From NCBI GenBank assembly GCA_902799355.1, contig CADCAG010000002.1, forward strand, positions 25,693 to 89,692: a DNA stretch of 64,000 nucleotides, written 5' to 3'. Shown piece after piece: positions 21,905 through 31,015 of the stretch (the first letter of the stretch is position 1; each line of letters starts with the position of its first letter). This DNA is from an uncultured Bacteroidales bacterium (GTDB taxonomy: Bacteria; Bacteroidota; Bacteroidia; Bacteroidales; Bacteroidaceae). The position numbers were made by a program, and so were the translations under genes. The notes beneath the pieces were generated by a model. It did no database searches, was not told where the DNA came from, and saw only the letters and a program-made list of their open reading frames with translations.

Positions 21905-22051
21905 TTAAAAATCATCCAATTCTAATCCAGGGCTGCCAGCAGAACCAGGATCTACTGGAGTAGTATATACACCAGGATTTGATACAGTAAGTAAATTTGC
22001 CCCCTTGATTTGCATTACTTCAATGCTTGGTACAATATATGTCTTTTTCAT
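21905..22051 (-). CDS. Small MKKxYxxP peptide 2 (48 aa; below the ORF-track cutoff)
   Basis: Manual translation MKKTYIVPSIEVMQIKGANLLTVSNPGVYTTPVDPGSAGSPGLELDDF*; same position (between secreted-protein gene and terminator) and same N-terminal pattern as peptide 1. Confidence 0.78.
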   Translation of the reverse strand: MKKTYIVPSIEVMQIKGANLLTVSNPGVYTTPVDPGSAGSPGLELDDF

Positions 22052-22099
22052 TGTCTTCTTGTTTTAATTATTGAACACGGATTACACTAATCTCACGGA

Positions 22100-24292
22100 T
22101 TACTTAAACACAACCTTCTTGCCGTTGTTGATATAGATACCCTTCTGGATTGGCTTAGCATGAAGCTTCACACCACTCAGTGTATACCATTCACTATCAG
22201 CTTCCTTAGTCTCAGTTATCTTGGTAATGCCAGTAGTTTCATCCTCAAAAACAAAAGACATACGAGCACTAGTTGTAATACTATTAAATTCTGAGGTCAA
22301 CAATTGTAGATAAGCCTTGTTCTCACCCATATTACCAGCTTTGCTCAATGGATAGAAACCACGAGTAGCACCAGAGCCTGCCAATACAAGTCGAGTATCT
22401 TCACCCTCAAATGGTTCTATAACACCATCTGTTAGATTGCTTGAAACAAGCATATTACCAACAATGGCATCAGCACTTGCTACAACTGGTACTGGATAGT
22501 CACCTTCAGAGCCTACTAAGAATAGACCTGTGTTAGCTGGCGCTGCTGTTACTGGCGTCAATGTAAGTGAAGGAACTGCAGGATTAAATGCAGTAACAGC
22601 ATATGCCTTCAGACCTGATACCCCACTAAAATCAAGTGGATGGTTATAGCTGTAGGTACGGTTTCCTTCAGCACCAATAGCAATTGTAGCGCCATCAAGC
22701 AAAGCGGTAGCTGTTGCAATCGCGTTTTCATTAGCTTCGATAAGATAGACTTTAATATTGTCAAAATAAAAATCAGTAGCCGTCTTATTCTTAGCAAGAT
22801 TGAAAGCTATAGCACGCACACCTCTTTCTATTTCATTTCCCGTAGCCATAGCTTCAGTAACTGTTATACGCTTACTAAAACTTGTCCAATCAACATTAAA
22901 ATCAATGTTACCAATACAATCACTACTATTATATTGAGTAGGCTCATATTGTGTCTGCGTAGTCATTACATTGGCATTATCACCGCCTTTAGCAATGCTA
23001 GTCTTATAGTCAAATTCCACTTTTATCATTGTACCTTTGGGTATAATGTATGGGAATCGGATGTAGAACTGTGAATCCCATTCATCAGTTCCTGCATCAG
23101 TAGTTGACTGTACCTTAATACCACGACTACCACCTTTACCAATTGAATTTTCAATAGCGGCAGAAGAAAGATCTCCACCTTTTATTTTCTTGAAGAAACA
23201 GCTAACATCGCTTCCCTCCATGTCACCGTTTGTAATAATATTCTCAGAGAAAATGTCTTGTGCATTTACTGCTGCTTTCATCGTGACTTCAACAGTATAA
23301 TATTTTCCTAACGCAAGAGTTGCATTATCTATAATGATTGGTTGTAGATCATGGTTATTTCCTTCACTTGACGTATTCTTGATAACCAATGCTCTTTCTG
23401 TAGCATCATAATCAAAATAGGAACCATTTGGCTCTCCCAGTCTGTAATAACCATATCCACCAGCAGTAGAATAATCAATTACTCTAATTGATGTCTTATC
23501 TCCATCTGCTGCACTTTCTGTCTCAGCTTCCTTAACCTCAACTTTCTGAATATATACGGTTCCAACAAATTTGCGTGATTGGAACAACACATGTACGTCT
23601 TCTGTACTTGCTACCGTTGAAGCTGGGAACTCAATAACATACTTAGTATAGTCACCCCCAACAGAGAATGTAAACGCTTTATTCTGTGAAGTACCCCATG
23701 TGCCAATATTTAAATTTGCATTTGCCTCGTCATCAACTAACTCACAGAAAGTAAAGTATGCAGGAGTATTGTCGTATGCACCTTTTGTTGCGGTTTTATA
23801 ATATTTACCTGTTCCTATATTCATCAAAGTGAATCCCCGTCCTTTCACATATTTAATATTCCAAACAGCTAAATTCAATCCGTCCTGACCATTTTGTTCA
23901 TTCAGTCCAAGTGTAAAACAAACTCCAGGACCATAATTCGTAGAATTTAGGTAACCGCCACCACCATATGGAGCATATGAGGTGCCATCCATTTGGAGAG
24001 TACGAATATAATAATAGCTTGAGACACCATCTCCTACTGCAGATTCTATATTAAAAAGTGCTCCCTTTGAAGAAAAAGCTGTGCTGTAATCTTGATAATC
24101 TAGGTTTTGTACATCTGTAAAGCAGAATGCTTTGCCTTCGCTTTTATCAACGATAGCAAATATCTTTCCGCTAAGTTGTGCTACACTTGTAAACTCTTTA
24201 CCAAGGAGTTTGCCTGCACTAACAGAATTTACCCCCCCCAGTAGGCCAAATGCCATAGCGAGGGACAGCACAATTTTAGTAAAATTTCTCAT
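22100..24292 (-). CDS. Secreted multidomain protein with CBM4/9-like modules and C-terminal secretion tail; no recognisable catalytic domain
   Basis: Signal peptide; ENIITNGDMEG...WDSQFYI...AIAFNLAKNKTATDFYFDNIK (CBM4-like); TYSYNHPLDFS...PANTG pre-tail domain; tail WYTLSGVKL...KGIYINNGKKVVFK. Confidence 0.85.
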   Translation of the reverse strand: MRNFTKIVLSLAMAFGLLGGVNSVSAGKLLGKEFTSVAQLSGKIFAIVDKSEGKAFCFTDVQNLDYQDYSTAFSSKGALFNIESAVGDGVSSYYYIRTLQMDGTSYAPYGGGGYLNSTNYGPGVCFTLGLNEQNGQDGLNLAVWNIKYVKGRGFTLMNIGTGKYYKTATKGAYDNTPAYFTFCELVDDEANANLNIGTWGTSQNKAFTFSVGGDYTKYVIEFPASTVASTEDVHVLFQSRKFVGTVYIQKVEVKEAETESAADGDKTSIRVIDYSTAGGYGYYRLGEPNGSYFDYDATERALVIKNTSSEGNNHDLQPIIIDNATLALGKYYTVEVTMKAAVNAQDIFSENIITNGDMEGSDVSCFFKKIKGGDLSSAAIENSIGKGGSRGIKVQSTTDAGTDEWDSQFYIRFPYIIPKGTMIKVEFDYKTSIAKGGDNANVMTTQTQYEPTQYNSSDCIGNIDFNVDWTSFSKRITVTEAMATGNEIERGVRAIAFNLAKNKTATDFYFDNIKVYLIEANENAIATATALLDGATIAIGAEGNRTYSYNHPLDFSGVSGLKAYAVTAFNPAVPSLTLTPVTAAPANTGLFLVGSEGDYPVPVVASADAIVGNMLVSSNLTDGVIEPFEGEDTRLVLAGSGATRGFYPLSKAGNMGENKAYLQLLTSEFNSITTSARMSFVFEDETTGITKITETKEADSEWYTLSGVKLHAKPIQKGIYINNGKKVVFK

Positions 24293-24335
24293 AAAGATTT
24301 AATTATTAGTTAGATAAAAGAATAAATTTCGGCCA

Positions 24336-24343
24336 CAAAGATA
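24336..24343 (-). promoter_or_regulatory. -7 promoter box for cassette 2
   Basis: Minus-strand TATCTTTG, ~45 nt upstream of the ATG. Confidence 0.55.
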
Positions 24344-24464
24344 GGGAAAAGGTAAGATAACACCAAAGAAAAATGCAAAATTGTAATGTAGAGACAGTAA
24401 TTAGTAACAATTCTTTACGAATTTTCGATTTATTTACAAAAATCGTTAGGATTTTGTGTACGAA

Positions 24465-25020
24465 AAGGGCATTTCTAAGGAGGGAAGGAGGAAGAGGAGG
24501 GGCTTTTCTGCGAAAAACGGTTTTTAAAAATTATCCTTCACCTTCACCGCTGGCCAAGAAAGTCCCTGTAAATAGGGGTTTGCGGGCGGTTCTTGCGGGC
24601 GCGAAGGGCTCCAGACGTTTCACATCGCTTTCACAAATATGGTGTGAAACGTTTGTGAAACGTCAAAAGCAGGGAAAGGGCCTGGAAAGCCCTGTAGATA
24701 GGGGGTTGTGAAAGTGAAAGCGTTTTTTTGAAAACACTCACGCGCGCGGTACACCTGCGCGCGAACATTTTTAGCTGTCGGCGTTGAGCGCTACAGCTGA
24801 TACGGTTCTGTATACAGCTAATACAGACGCGAGATAGCTGTTCCCACAAAAAAGTGGTACCACTTTTCAGAAAGTCGTACCACTTTTGGAAAAACCGTAG
24901 GGCTTTTTCGCGGCTACAGCTGTCTCATCACTGGGAACAGCTGTCTCGCACTCGGGAACAGCTAAGCCAGAGCTGGCTACAGCTGTCTCTTTCCCGTTCG
25001 GAAGTGAAATCTCACTTCGC
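24465..25020. repeat. Non-coding palindromic and 21-bp-period repeat element
   Basis: ~190-bp imperfect palindrome (24535-24722), cgcgcgcg hairpin, and AGCT-core repeats at ~21-bp spacing flanking aaagtggtaccactttt-type repeats. Confidence 0.75.
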
Positions 25021-26529
25021 TCACTTTATTACAACCTTTTTACCATTTATAATGTACAAGCCGGGGCGCAGGTTCTCTGCGTTGACGCGACGGCCATCAA
25101 GGGTGTAGACACCACTCTTAGCAACTGACTTCTGACCTCTGAGCTCACTTATACCTGTTGCCGACTTTTCCTTCAGTGTGCACAAGGTGAAATAGGTAGG
25201 CTCATCGTACTTAGCAGGCGAATTAGGATCCTTCAGATACTTGCCTGTACCGACATTCAGAATAGAGAAGCCCTTGCCCTCAACATACTCAATAGTCCAT
25301 ACAGCACCCTTTGGAAGGTCCTGACCACTCTGATTATTCATCTTACTCGAGATAAAGCAGCAATCGCCATCTAAGACCTGAGTATTCAGGTAGCCGATAC
25401 CGCCATCCACCTGATAGTCATTGCCATCAGGAGTGAGGAGCTTCAACTTGACGCCGCCAGTAGCCTTGCCCTGCTTGAAGAGATAACCCGAACGGGTCTC
25501 CTTAAATGCTGTCTTGTAATCGGCATAGTTCAAGTGCTTTCCGAAAGTACCAAAGAAAGCCTTACCCTCTGCTTCGTTTACAATAGCAAAAGGTATTTTC
25601 TTGAGGTCATTTACATTGGTCAAGCGCTGGTCAATCTCCTTTTCCGTAATAGTTATATAAGGATCATCGAGTTCAGGATCAATATCATAGATGACTCTCA
25701 GTGCCTGCTGAGCATAGCGCTTGCCGAGCACGCGATAACCTGAAGCTGAGAAATGCCAAGGGTCTTTGCCATTGCCAGGCAAGCCTTTGGCAGAAACAAC
25801 ATAGCCTGTAGGGATGACCTCAGGAATACGGTCTACCTGCACGTTATGGCTTTCGCAACCACCACTCTGAGGAGCGTCTCCCTTATATTCCACCTCACCG
25901 ACAAACAAAGGAACGTTAGCTGCTGTCAAATTGAGGTCTTTCAGCATGTCGTTATAAATCTTCTTCACCATGTTGGGCCAGTTGGGGTCGCCACAGTTTG
26001 AACAGCCCTGATGCAGCAGGATGCCCTTGATGACACCAACCTCCTGAGCCTTCTTAGCCATCTCAATGATGCGTCCGTAAGGGTTCTCGCCATAATAGTT
26101 TCGGGCAATCTGAGCCCACCACTCGTTATAGTTGTCCTGGTACTTCTGCTGATACTTGTCCTTGTCGAACATCTCGATAGGACTGCCACCCATAGCAACA
26201 GCAATCACACCAATCTTGTGATTAGGCAGATTAGCAACCATGGTACGACCGAAATAGTCTGTAGGGCCAAGTTTGCCAACAGGGCTGACGATAGGGCACT
26301 CAGCCTTATACCAGTTGCCCAACGTGCGTCTGGGGCTGGTGAAGTTACATGTTGCCAGCATCTGGAAACGCTCGTCAACATTGCCGACATCCTGAGACTC
26401 CCACTGGGCATTACCCTCCATGTTTGACTGTCCGAAACAGATGTAGACATGGAAGTTAGGATCTACTTCAGCCTTTGCACCCATCGCGGAGCACATCAGC
26501 ATCATTGTTAAAAGAATAATATGTCTCAT
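25021..26529 (-). CDS. CE6 acetyl xylan esterase (SASA/SGNH) plus unknown domain and secretion tail
   Basis: [21 protein letters not shown]; tail VYTLDGRRV...GLYIINGKKVVIK. Confidence 0.9.
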   Translation of the reverse strand: MRHIILLTMMLMCSAMGAKAEVDPNFHVYICFGQSNMEGNAQWESQDVGNVDERFQMLATCNFTSPRRTLGNWYKAECPIVSPVGKLGPTDYFGRTMVANLPNHKIGVIAVAMGGSPIEMFDKDKYQQKYQDNYNEWWAQIARNYYGENPYGRIIEMAKKAQEVGVIKGILLHQGCSNCGDPNWPNMVKKIYNDMLKDLNLTAANVPLFVGEVEYKGDAPQSGGCESHNVQVDRIPEVIPTGYVVSAKGLPGNGKDPWHFSASGYRVLGKRYAQQALRVIYDIDPELDDPYITITEKEIDQRLTNVNDLKKIPFAIVNEAEGKAFFGTFGKHLNYADYKTAFKETRSGYLFKQGKATGGVKLKLLTPDGNDYQVDGGIGYLNTQVLDGDCCFISSKMNNQSGQDLPKGAVWTIEYVEGKGFSILNVGTGKYLKDPNSPAKYDEPTYFTLCTLKEKSATGISELRGQKSVAKSGVYTLDGRRVNAENLRPGLYIINGKKVVIK

Positions 26530-26552
26530 CTTGGTCTTTTCTTACTTGATTA

Positions 26553-28802
26553 TTACTTGATTACAACTTTCTTTCCATTCTTAATCACGATGCCACGATA
26601 GCCGGCATTGACGGGAACACCCATGAGATTGTAGGCAGGACCATTGACTTCGTCGACAGCCTCAACCTCGTCGATGCCACTAGCAGGTTCGGTGCAGTTG
26701 AACTTAATCTTGTCAACGAAACATTTACCACCAGTAACGTCAATACGCAGGGTATACAAACCTTCCTTGAGTGCTTCTTTGACATTACCTGTCTTCACCT
26801 CGTAGGAATCCTTACCCTTATTGGGCACCTTCACCAGAGGCATGCTAGTCTCGTTGCCCTCGCTATCTATCAGCTTCATCGTAAACTTAGAACCAGTAGT
26901 CTCTGATGCTACAGTAGCCTCGTAAGCGTATTTACCGGCCTGGTTGACTTTAACAGAATATTCTGCATAGTCACCATTTGCAGCATTACCCCAGGCAAAG
27001 CCGCCATTGATTGTAACGACACTACCACCCTTGTTGGTTACAAAGTCCTCAGCCTCAACAGTACCAGGCATGGCGAAGGTGGGCAGGAGCTTGAATGTCA
27101 TGTCCTTGATATAGAAGCCACCCTTCTCCACAAGCAGTGTGAACACGTGCTTGCCTGCTGTCAGATACTTCTTGATAGAGCAGTGTACAGGCTGGAACTC
27201 GGTAGCGCTACCCGTATTGGGAACATCGGTGAAATCAGTCAGGAAGTCGAGGTTATCGAACGTATATTCTGCCAGATGGAATCTGCCACCGGCCTTCGTA
27301 GAAGCCACCTCCATATCCATGGTATAGAGACCGTCCTCCTTCACGTCAACGGTGTACTCCATCCAAGCACCGTCCTGAGTAGCGGTGGTGCTGAACTTGT
27401 CGCGCGACTTGACGACAGTCGTCGTGACACCAGAGTAAGAAACACCAGAAACACCCTTGTCAAACTCTCCGGCATCGATCGTGCCAGGCAGTTCGGGCAA
27501 TGTCTCATTGTATGGCTCACGCTTGGTGTCTCCAGAAAGCACCTGGAAGCGGCCGTAGCGCTCGTAGGTATCACCGTCGGTAGTCGTTACCACAGCCTTT
27601 ACCTCCTTAGTACCTGATGTCGACGAAGAATACTCGAACAGGTAGGGAGCCTCCGTCATTGTGGCCACCAGTTCGTTGGCAACATAAAGTTCAACCTTCT
27701 CGATAGTCTTGGTAGCCATACGGGCACGTACCATGATAGGCAACACATCACCTTTAGCAACCTTCTGTGAAGCGGGACGAATATAGACAGAAGCCTCTTT
27801 CTTGGTGCCAGGGAAAGGACCGACGGCATTCTTGGCAGCATCGGTCTGCATATACTCCTTAATCCAGCTCATGGCGGGACGCTCTGCACCATCTCTGTAA
27901 AGTCCAGAATTGTCTACCCAGGTAGCACCAAGGACATAGCCCCACAGGGTGACACCAGCGCAATAAGGCAGTTCCCACATATTGGGCAACACCCTCTGGT
28001 ACTGTGCCTTCTGTTGATCATCGTTAGCAATATTTATATCCAACTCGGTGACGAACATCGGCATCTTTAATGCATCTTGCTGCTGTTTCAAAACCCTCTT
28101 CAGCTCGCTTTCACTGATATCGCTCAGTTCGTGCGACTGGTTGCCGTAAGCATCGATAGGTGCACCGGCATCGCGCAGAGCCTGTACCAAGGTGATATAC
28201 TCGTTGACATTCCAACGGATAGAGTTATAGTCGTTGTAGATAAGGATGGCATCCGGCCAGCGCTCGTAGGCCATCTCGAAGGCCTTGATGAGCCAGTCGT
28301 AGCCCGTCTTACCGCCACCTCCCAATGACTCTTTAATCAATGGGTTACCTGGCTGGTGAGTGCCTACAGCCTCGTTCACCACGTCAATCATGGGCAGGGT
28401 TTCGTACTGCGCCTTGGCATGGTCGAACCAGTTCACGTAAGCAGCAAAGCGCTCTGCTGGTGCCAGATTCTCCAGCCAGTTAGGATACTGAGCACCCCAT
28501 ACCAATGCATGGAACTTATAGGTAAAATCGTGCTGCTTGGCATAGTTGAAGGCATTATTAGCGCCGGTCCAGTTAAAATTACCACGGCTACCTTCTACAG
28601 AAGACCACTTTGACTCGTTCTCACAGGTAATCTGGTTCCAAAGGGTATAATACTTAGGTACGCCACCACCGGCTTCCACATTACCTCTGGTTGTGATGTT
28701 TCCCAAGAACTTATAGGGATTCGTTGACAACTGAGCAGATGCTGGCAGTACAAACAGACTGGCAGCAATCACCAGTAAACTTTGTTTTAGTTTCATATTC
28801 AT
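26553..28802 (-). CDS. GH10 endoxylanase + Ig-like domain + two CBM6-like modules + secretion tail
   Basis: ITCENESKW, KFHALVWGAQ, IDVVNEA, IYNDY, GNQSH, VTELD; start placed at MNMKLK (28802, alternatively 28796) because the promoter box lies within the ORF-track 5' extension. Confidence 0.92.
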   Translation of the reverse strand: MNMKLKQSLLVIAASLFVLPASAQLSTNPYKFLGNITTRGNVEAGGGVPKYYTLWNQITCENESKWSSVEGSRGNFNWTGANNAFNYAKQHDFTYKFHALVWGAQYPNWLENLAPAERFAAYVNWFDHAKAQYETLPMIDVVNEAVGTHQPGNPLIKESLGGGGKTGYDWLIKAFEMAYERWPDAILIYNDYNSIRWNVNEYITLVQALRDAGAPIDAYGNQSHELSDISESELKRVLKQQQDALKMPMFVTELDINIANDDQQKAQYQRVLPNMWELPYCAGVTLWGYVLGATWVDNSGLYRDGAERPAMSWIKEYMQTDAAKNAVGPFPGTKKEASVYIRPASQKVAKGDVLPIMVRARMATKTIEKVELYVANELVATMTEAPYLFEYSSSTSGTKEVKAVVTTTDGDTYERYGRFQVLSGDTKREPYNETLPELPGTIDAGEFDKGVSGVSYSGVTTTVVKSRDKFSTTATQDGAWMEYTVDVKEDGLYTMDMEVASTKAGGRFHLAEYTFDNLDFLTDFTDVPNTGSATEFQPVHCSIKKYLTAGKHVFTLLVEKGGFYIKDMTFKLLPTFAMPGTVEAEDFVTNKGGSVVTINGGFAWGNAANGDYAEYSVKVNQAGKYAYEATVASETTGSKFTMKLIDSEGNETSMPLVKVPNKGKDSYEVKTGNVKEALKEGLYTLRIDVTGGKCFVDKIKFNCTEPASGIDEVEAVDEVNGPAYNLMGVPVNAGYRGIVIKNGKKVVIK

Positions 28803-28836
28803 CGCTTCTTGTTTTATGTTATTTAATTTTCGGCTG

Positions 28837-28902
28837 CAAAGGTACAAAAGAAATGTGGAATGCCCTTTGTCATGCATTCCACATTCTTTGCTATTTGTAA
28901 CA
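28837..28902 (-). promoter_or_regulatory. Promoter (-7) plus conserved operator for the GH10-CE6 operon
   Basis: TACCTTTG at 28844-28837; CTTT-N6-TGTAACA at 28886-28902. Confidence 0.75.
28845..28889 (-). terminator. Terminator of the GH43 operon
   Basis: Stem aatgtggaatgc...gcattccacatt with caaaag to its left. Confidence 0.7.
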
Positions 28903-28930
28903 ATAGTGAGTTTAATGTTACATATACGTA

Positions 28931-30979
28931 TCAGTTAATCAGGAAATACTTCTTCATACCCTTGTAGGTAGCGGTCACCGTAGCACGGCCGCCAACCACT
29001 GGGCTCACCTCTATCTTGACACCCTTGACTACGTTAGAAGTAGCCTCAATCTTTGAGTCTGTCTTCAGCGGACCATAGAGCTGGTAGTGGTTACACTCGG
29101 TATAGCCATTGGCATTGGTTGACATGACGGGCGTCTGCGGAATGTTCAACTGCTGACCATCTACCTTGATTGTCATCTGAGGAATCATAGGAGGCACAGC
29201 ACCCTTACCCTTCTTAGCAAATCCCAAGCCGTGGAGGTCGAAGAGACCCTCTGGACGCTGGGGCTGCTGCGGACGACGGCCCCACTGCCCACGCGGCTGT
29301 TCAGGTTGCTGGACCTCGGGACCCTCTACCACCAGATAGATGGCGTGCTTGCCTGTCAGACCCTCCAAGGCTGGAACGGGTACTGAGTAGGTGAGTGCCT
29401 TACCCTTGGGGAACTTATCAGAGACATTGACGACACCGACCTCTTCGCCCTTCCAAGGATCGTCGAGCTTGACATGAATCTTGAAGGCGCCCTTGCCGTT
29501 GGATGTCAGGTTCAGGTTCAGCTTAGCCTCATCACCCTTCTGGATACCAGCGAAAGCCTTCACACCCTTGGAGTCCTGAGCCAGACCGCCAAAGCCGAAG
29601 TACTTGAAACCGATGATGCCACCGTTCTGGATACCTGCCAAGTCCATGGAGTTGTTCCATACGTCGTGGTTGTCCTGCATCCAGTTGTTGCTGTTGGGAC
29701 CATACATGAAGCAGGCCAAGCCAGCACTATAATAATGATAAGGTGGCAGACCGAAGATCTGGAAACCCTCACTGGTCACCTCGGCACCTGTATAGGTGTT
29801 GCCGTCAGAGGCTGCAGCCACCCATTCGTTACCCTTCACATAGGGGTCGTAACCCGTAATGGTTACCTTACCACCCTTGGCAACGGGCTTCTTGTCCCAG
29901 GTAATCTTCACTGGGGCAACCATAGCCTGACGGGCATTGCCGAAGCCACGGGGAGGACGGTGGTAGAAGACATACCACTGACCATTGATCTCCTGCAGAG
30001 AGCCGTGGGTGTTATGAGCAGCATTGGTCGTGATGAGTTTAGAACCGTCTTCGTTCAGCACAACACCACGAGAGTCTACCAATACGCCACCAGCGCGCCA
30101 AGGGCCGAGAGGTGAGTCACCATAGGCATAGCGCAGAGCGCTGTTGGTATTGCCCAAACCATACTCCTTACCAGAGTAGCCAGAGAATACCATCACGTAC
30201 TTGTTACCTACCTGACGGATAGACGAAGCCTCGAAGAAGTTGAAGTCCAAGGGGTTCTGTCCCTTGTAGAGCGCCTTGTACTCGCTGCCGGCCTTGTCGA
30301 GCAGACGACCGTCGGCACTGCTGGCAGGAATGAACGGGTCGATGAGTTCGGTACCCTCACGCTTTGAGTACATCGTGTTCTGGTCGAGCTCGCAGGCTGT
30401 AGAGTGCTGGAAACCATAGAAGACGTAGGCACGGTAGCCCTTGTCGAAGTCCTTGTCCTTCTTGTTGGTAATGGTCTCAATGAACACTGAAGGGTCGAAG
30501 TCGATGAGTGAGCCAGGCAGACACTGTGTACCATCAGCGGTCAGGTTGATGGGAGTGAAAGGACCGTTGGGACGGTCGCCCTTACATACCATCGGCACAC
30601 GGCGCCAGCCGCGGCTGTGGGGATAGAGCCAGTAGGTCTTCTTACCCGTAGCCTTGTCGACAGTCTCTACGAGGTCAGGAGCGAACATGGTGTCCCACTG
30701 TCCCTGGACAAACCAGGTAAAGATAGGACCTTCGTCACGCCACTTGCTGAGGTCTTCTACAGGTGCCGACCACATACGGATATCGGGTCCGCAGTAGGCG
30801 GTATAGGTCACATCGTGCGAACCGATGATGTAGGCACGATACTTTCCCGGCTGGTCGGGATCTTCAAACACACGGGGCTCGCCATCAGGCAAATGCTCCC
30901 ACAAAGGGAGGTAAGGGTTCTGTGCATTAACCACCAAGGCGGCAGTCAGCGCAAAGAGTTGTAGGAATAGTCGTTTCAT
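28931..30979 (-). CDS. GH43 family glycosidase with C-terminal CBM6-like region
   Basis: NPYLPLWEHLPDGEPRVF, MFAPD, IDFDPSVF, FFEASSIR, NTHGSLQEINGQWYVFYHR. Confidence 0.85.
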   Translation of the reverse strand: MKRLFLQLFALTAALVVNAQNPYLPLWEHLPDGEPRVFEDPDQPGKYRAYIIGSHDVTYTAYCGPDIRMWSAPVEDLSKWRDEGPIFTWFVQGQWDTMFAPDLVETVDKATGKKTYWLYPHSRGWRRVPMVCKGDRPNGPFTPINLTADGTQCLPGSLIDFDPSVFIETITNKKDKDFDKGYRAYVFYGFQHSTACELDQNTMYSKREGTELIDPFIPASSADGRLLDKAGSEYKALYKGQNPLDFNFFEASSIRQVGNKYVMVFSGYSGKEYGLGNTNSALRYAYGDSPLGPWRAGGVLVDSRGVVLNEDGSKLITTNAAHNTHGSLQEINGQWYVFYHRPPRGFGNARQAMVAPVKITWDKKPVAKGGKVTITGYDPYVKGNEWVAAASDGNTYTGAEVTSEGFQIFGLPPYHYYSAGLACFMYGPNSNNWMQDNHDVWNNSMDLAGIQNGGIIGFKYFGFGGLAQDSKGVKAFAGIQKGDEAKLNLNLTSNGKGAFKIHVKLDDPWKGEEVGVVNVSDKFPKGKALTYSVPVPALEGLTGKHAIYLVVEGPEVQQPEQPRGQWGRRPQQPQRPEGLFDLHGLGFAKKGKGAVPPMIPQMTIKVDGQQLNIPQTPVMSTNANGYTECNHYQLYGPLKTDSKIEATSNVVKGVKIEVSPVVGGRATVTATYKGMKKYFLIN

Positions 30980-31015
30980 CTTTATTCTTTAACCTTTAAA
31001 CTTTAACCTTTAAAC

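Noticed and set aside
19481-22051. Lasso peptide/RiPP gene cluster
   Set aside because: YxxP leaders are present, but no cyclase, peptidase, RRE, radical SAM or transporter gene is in the window; kept only as an analogy.
18100-24460. Autonomous mobile element or prophage
   Set aside because: AT-rich, but no integrase, transposase, terminal repeats or target duplication found.
24373-25108. ORFs of 112, 72 and 84 aa
   Set aside because: Translations of the palindrome and 21-bp repeat element (EQLS repeats); not protein-like.
28803-28877. ORF-track N-terminal extensions (also 52702-52746, 53360-53491, 45524-45562, 18035-18043)
   Set aside because: They overlap promoter boxes or the upstream gene, or precede clear signal-peptide starts.
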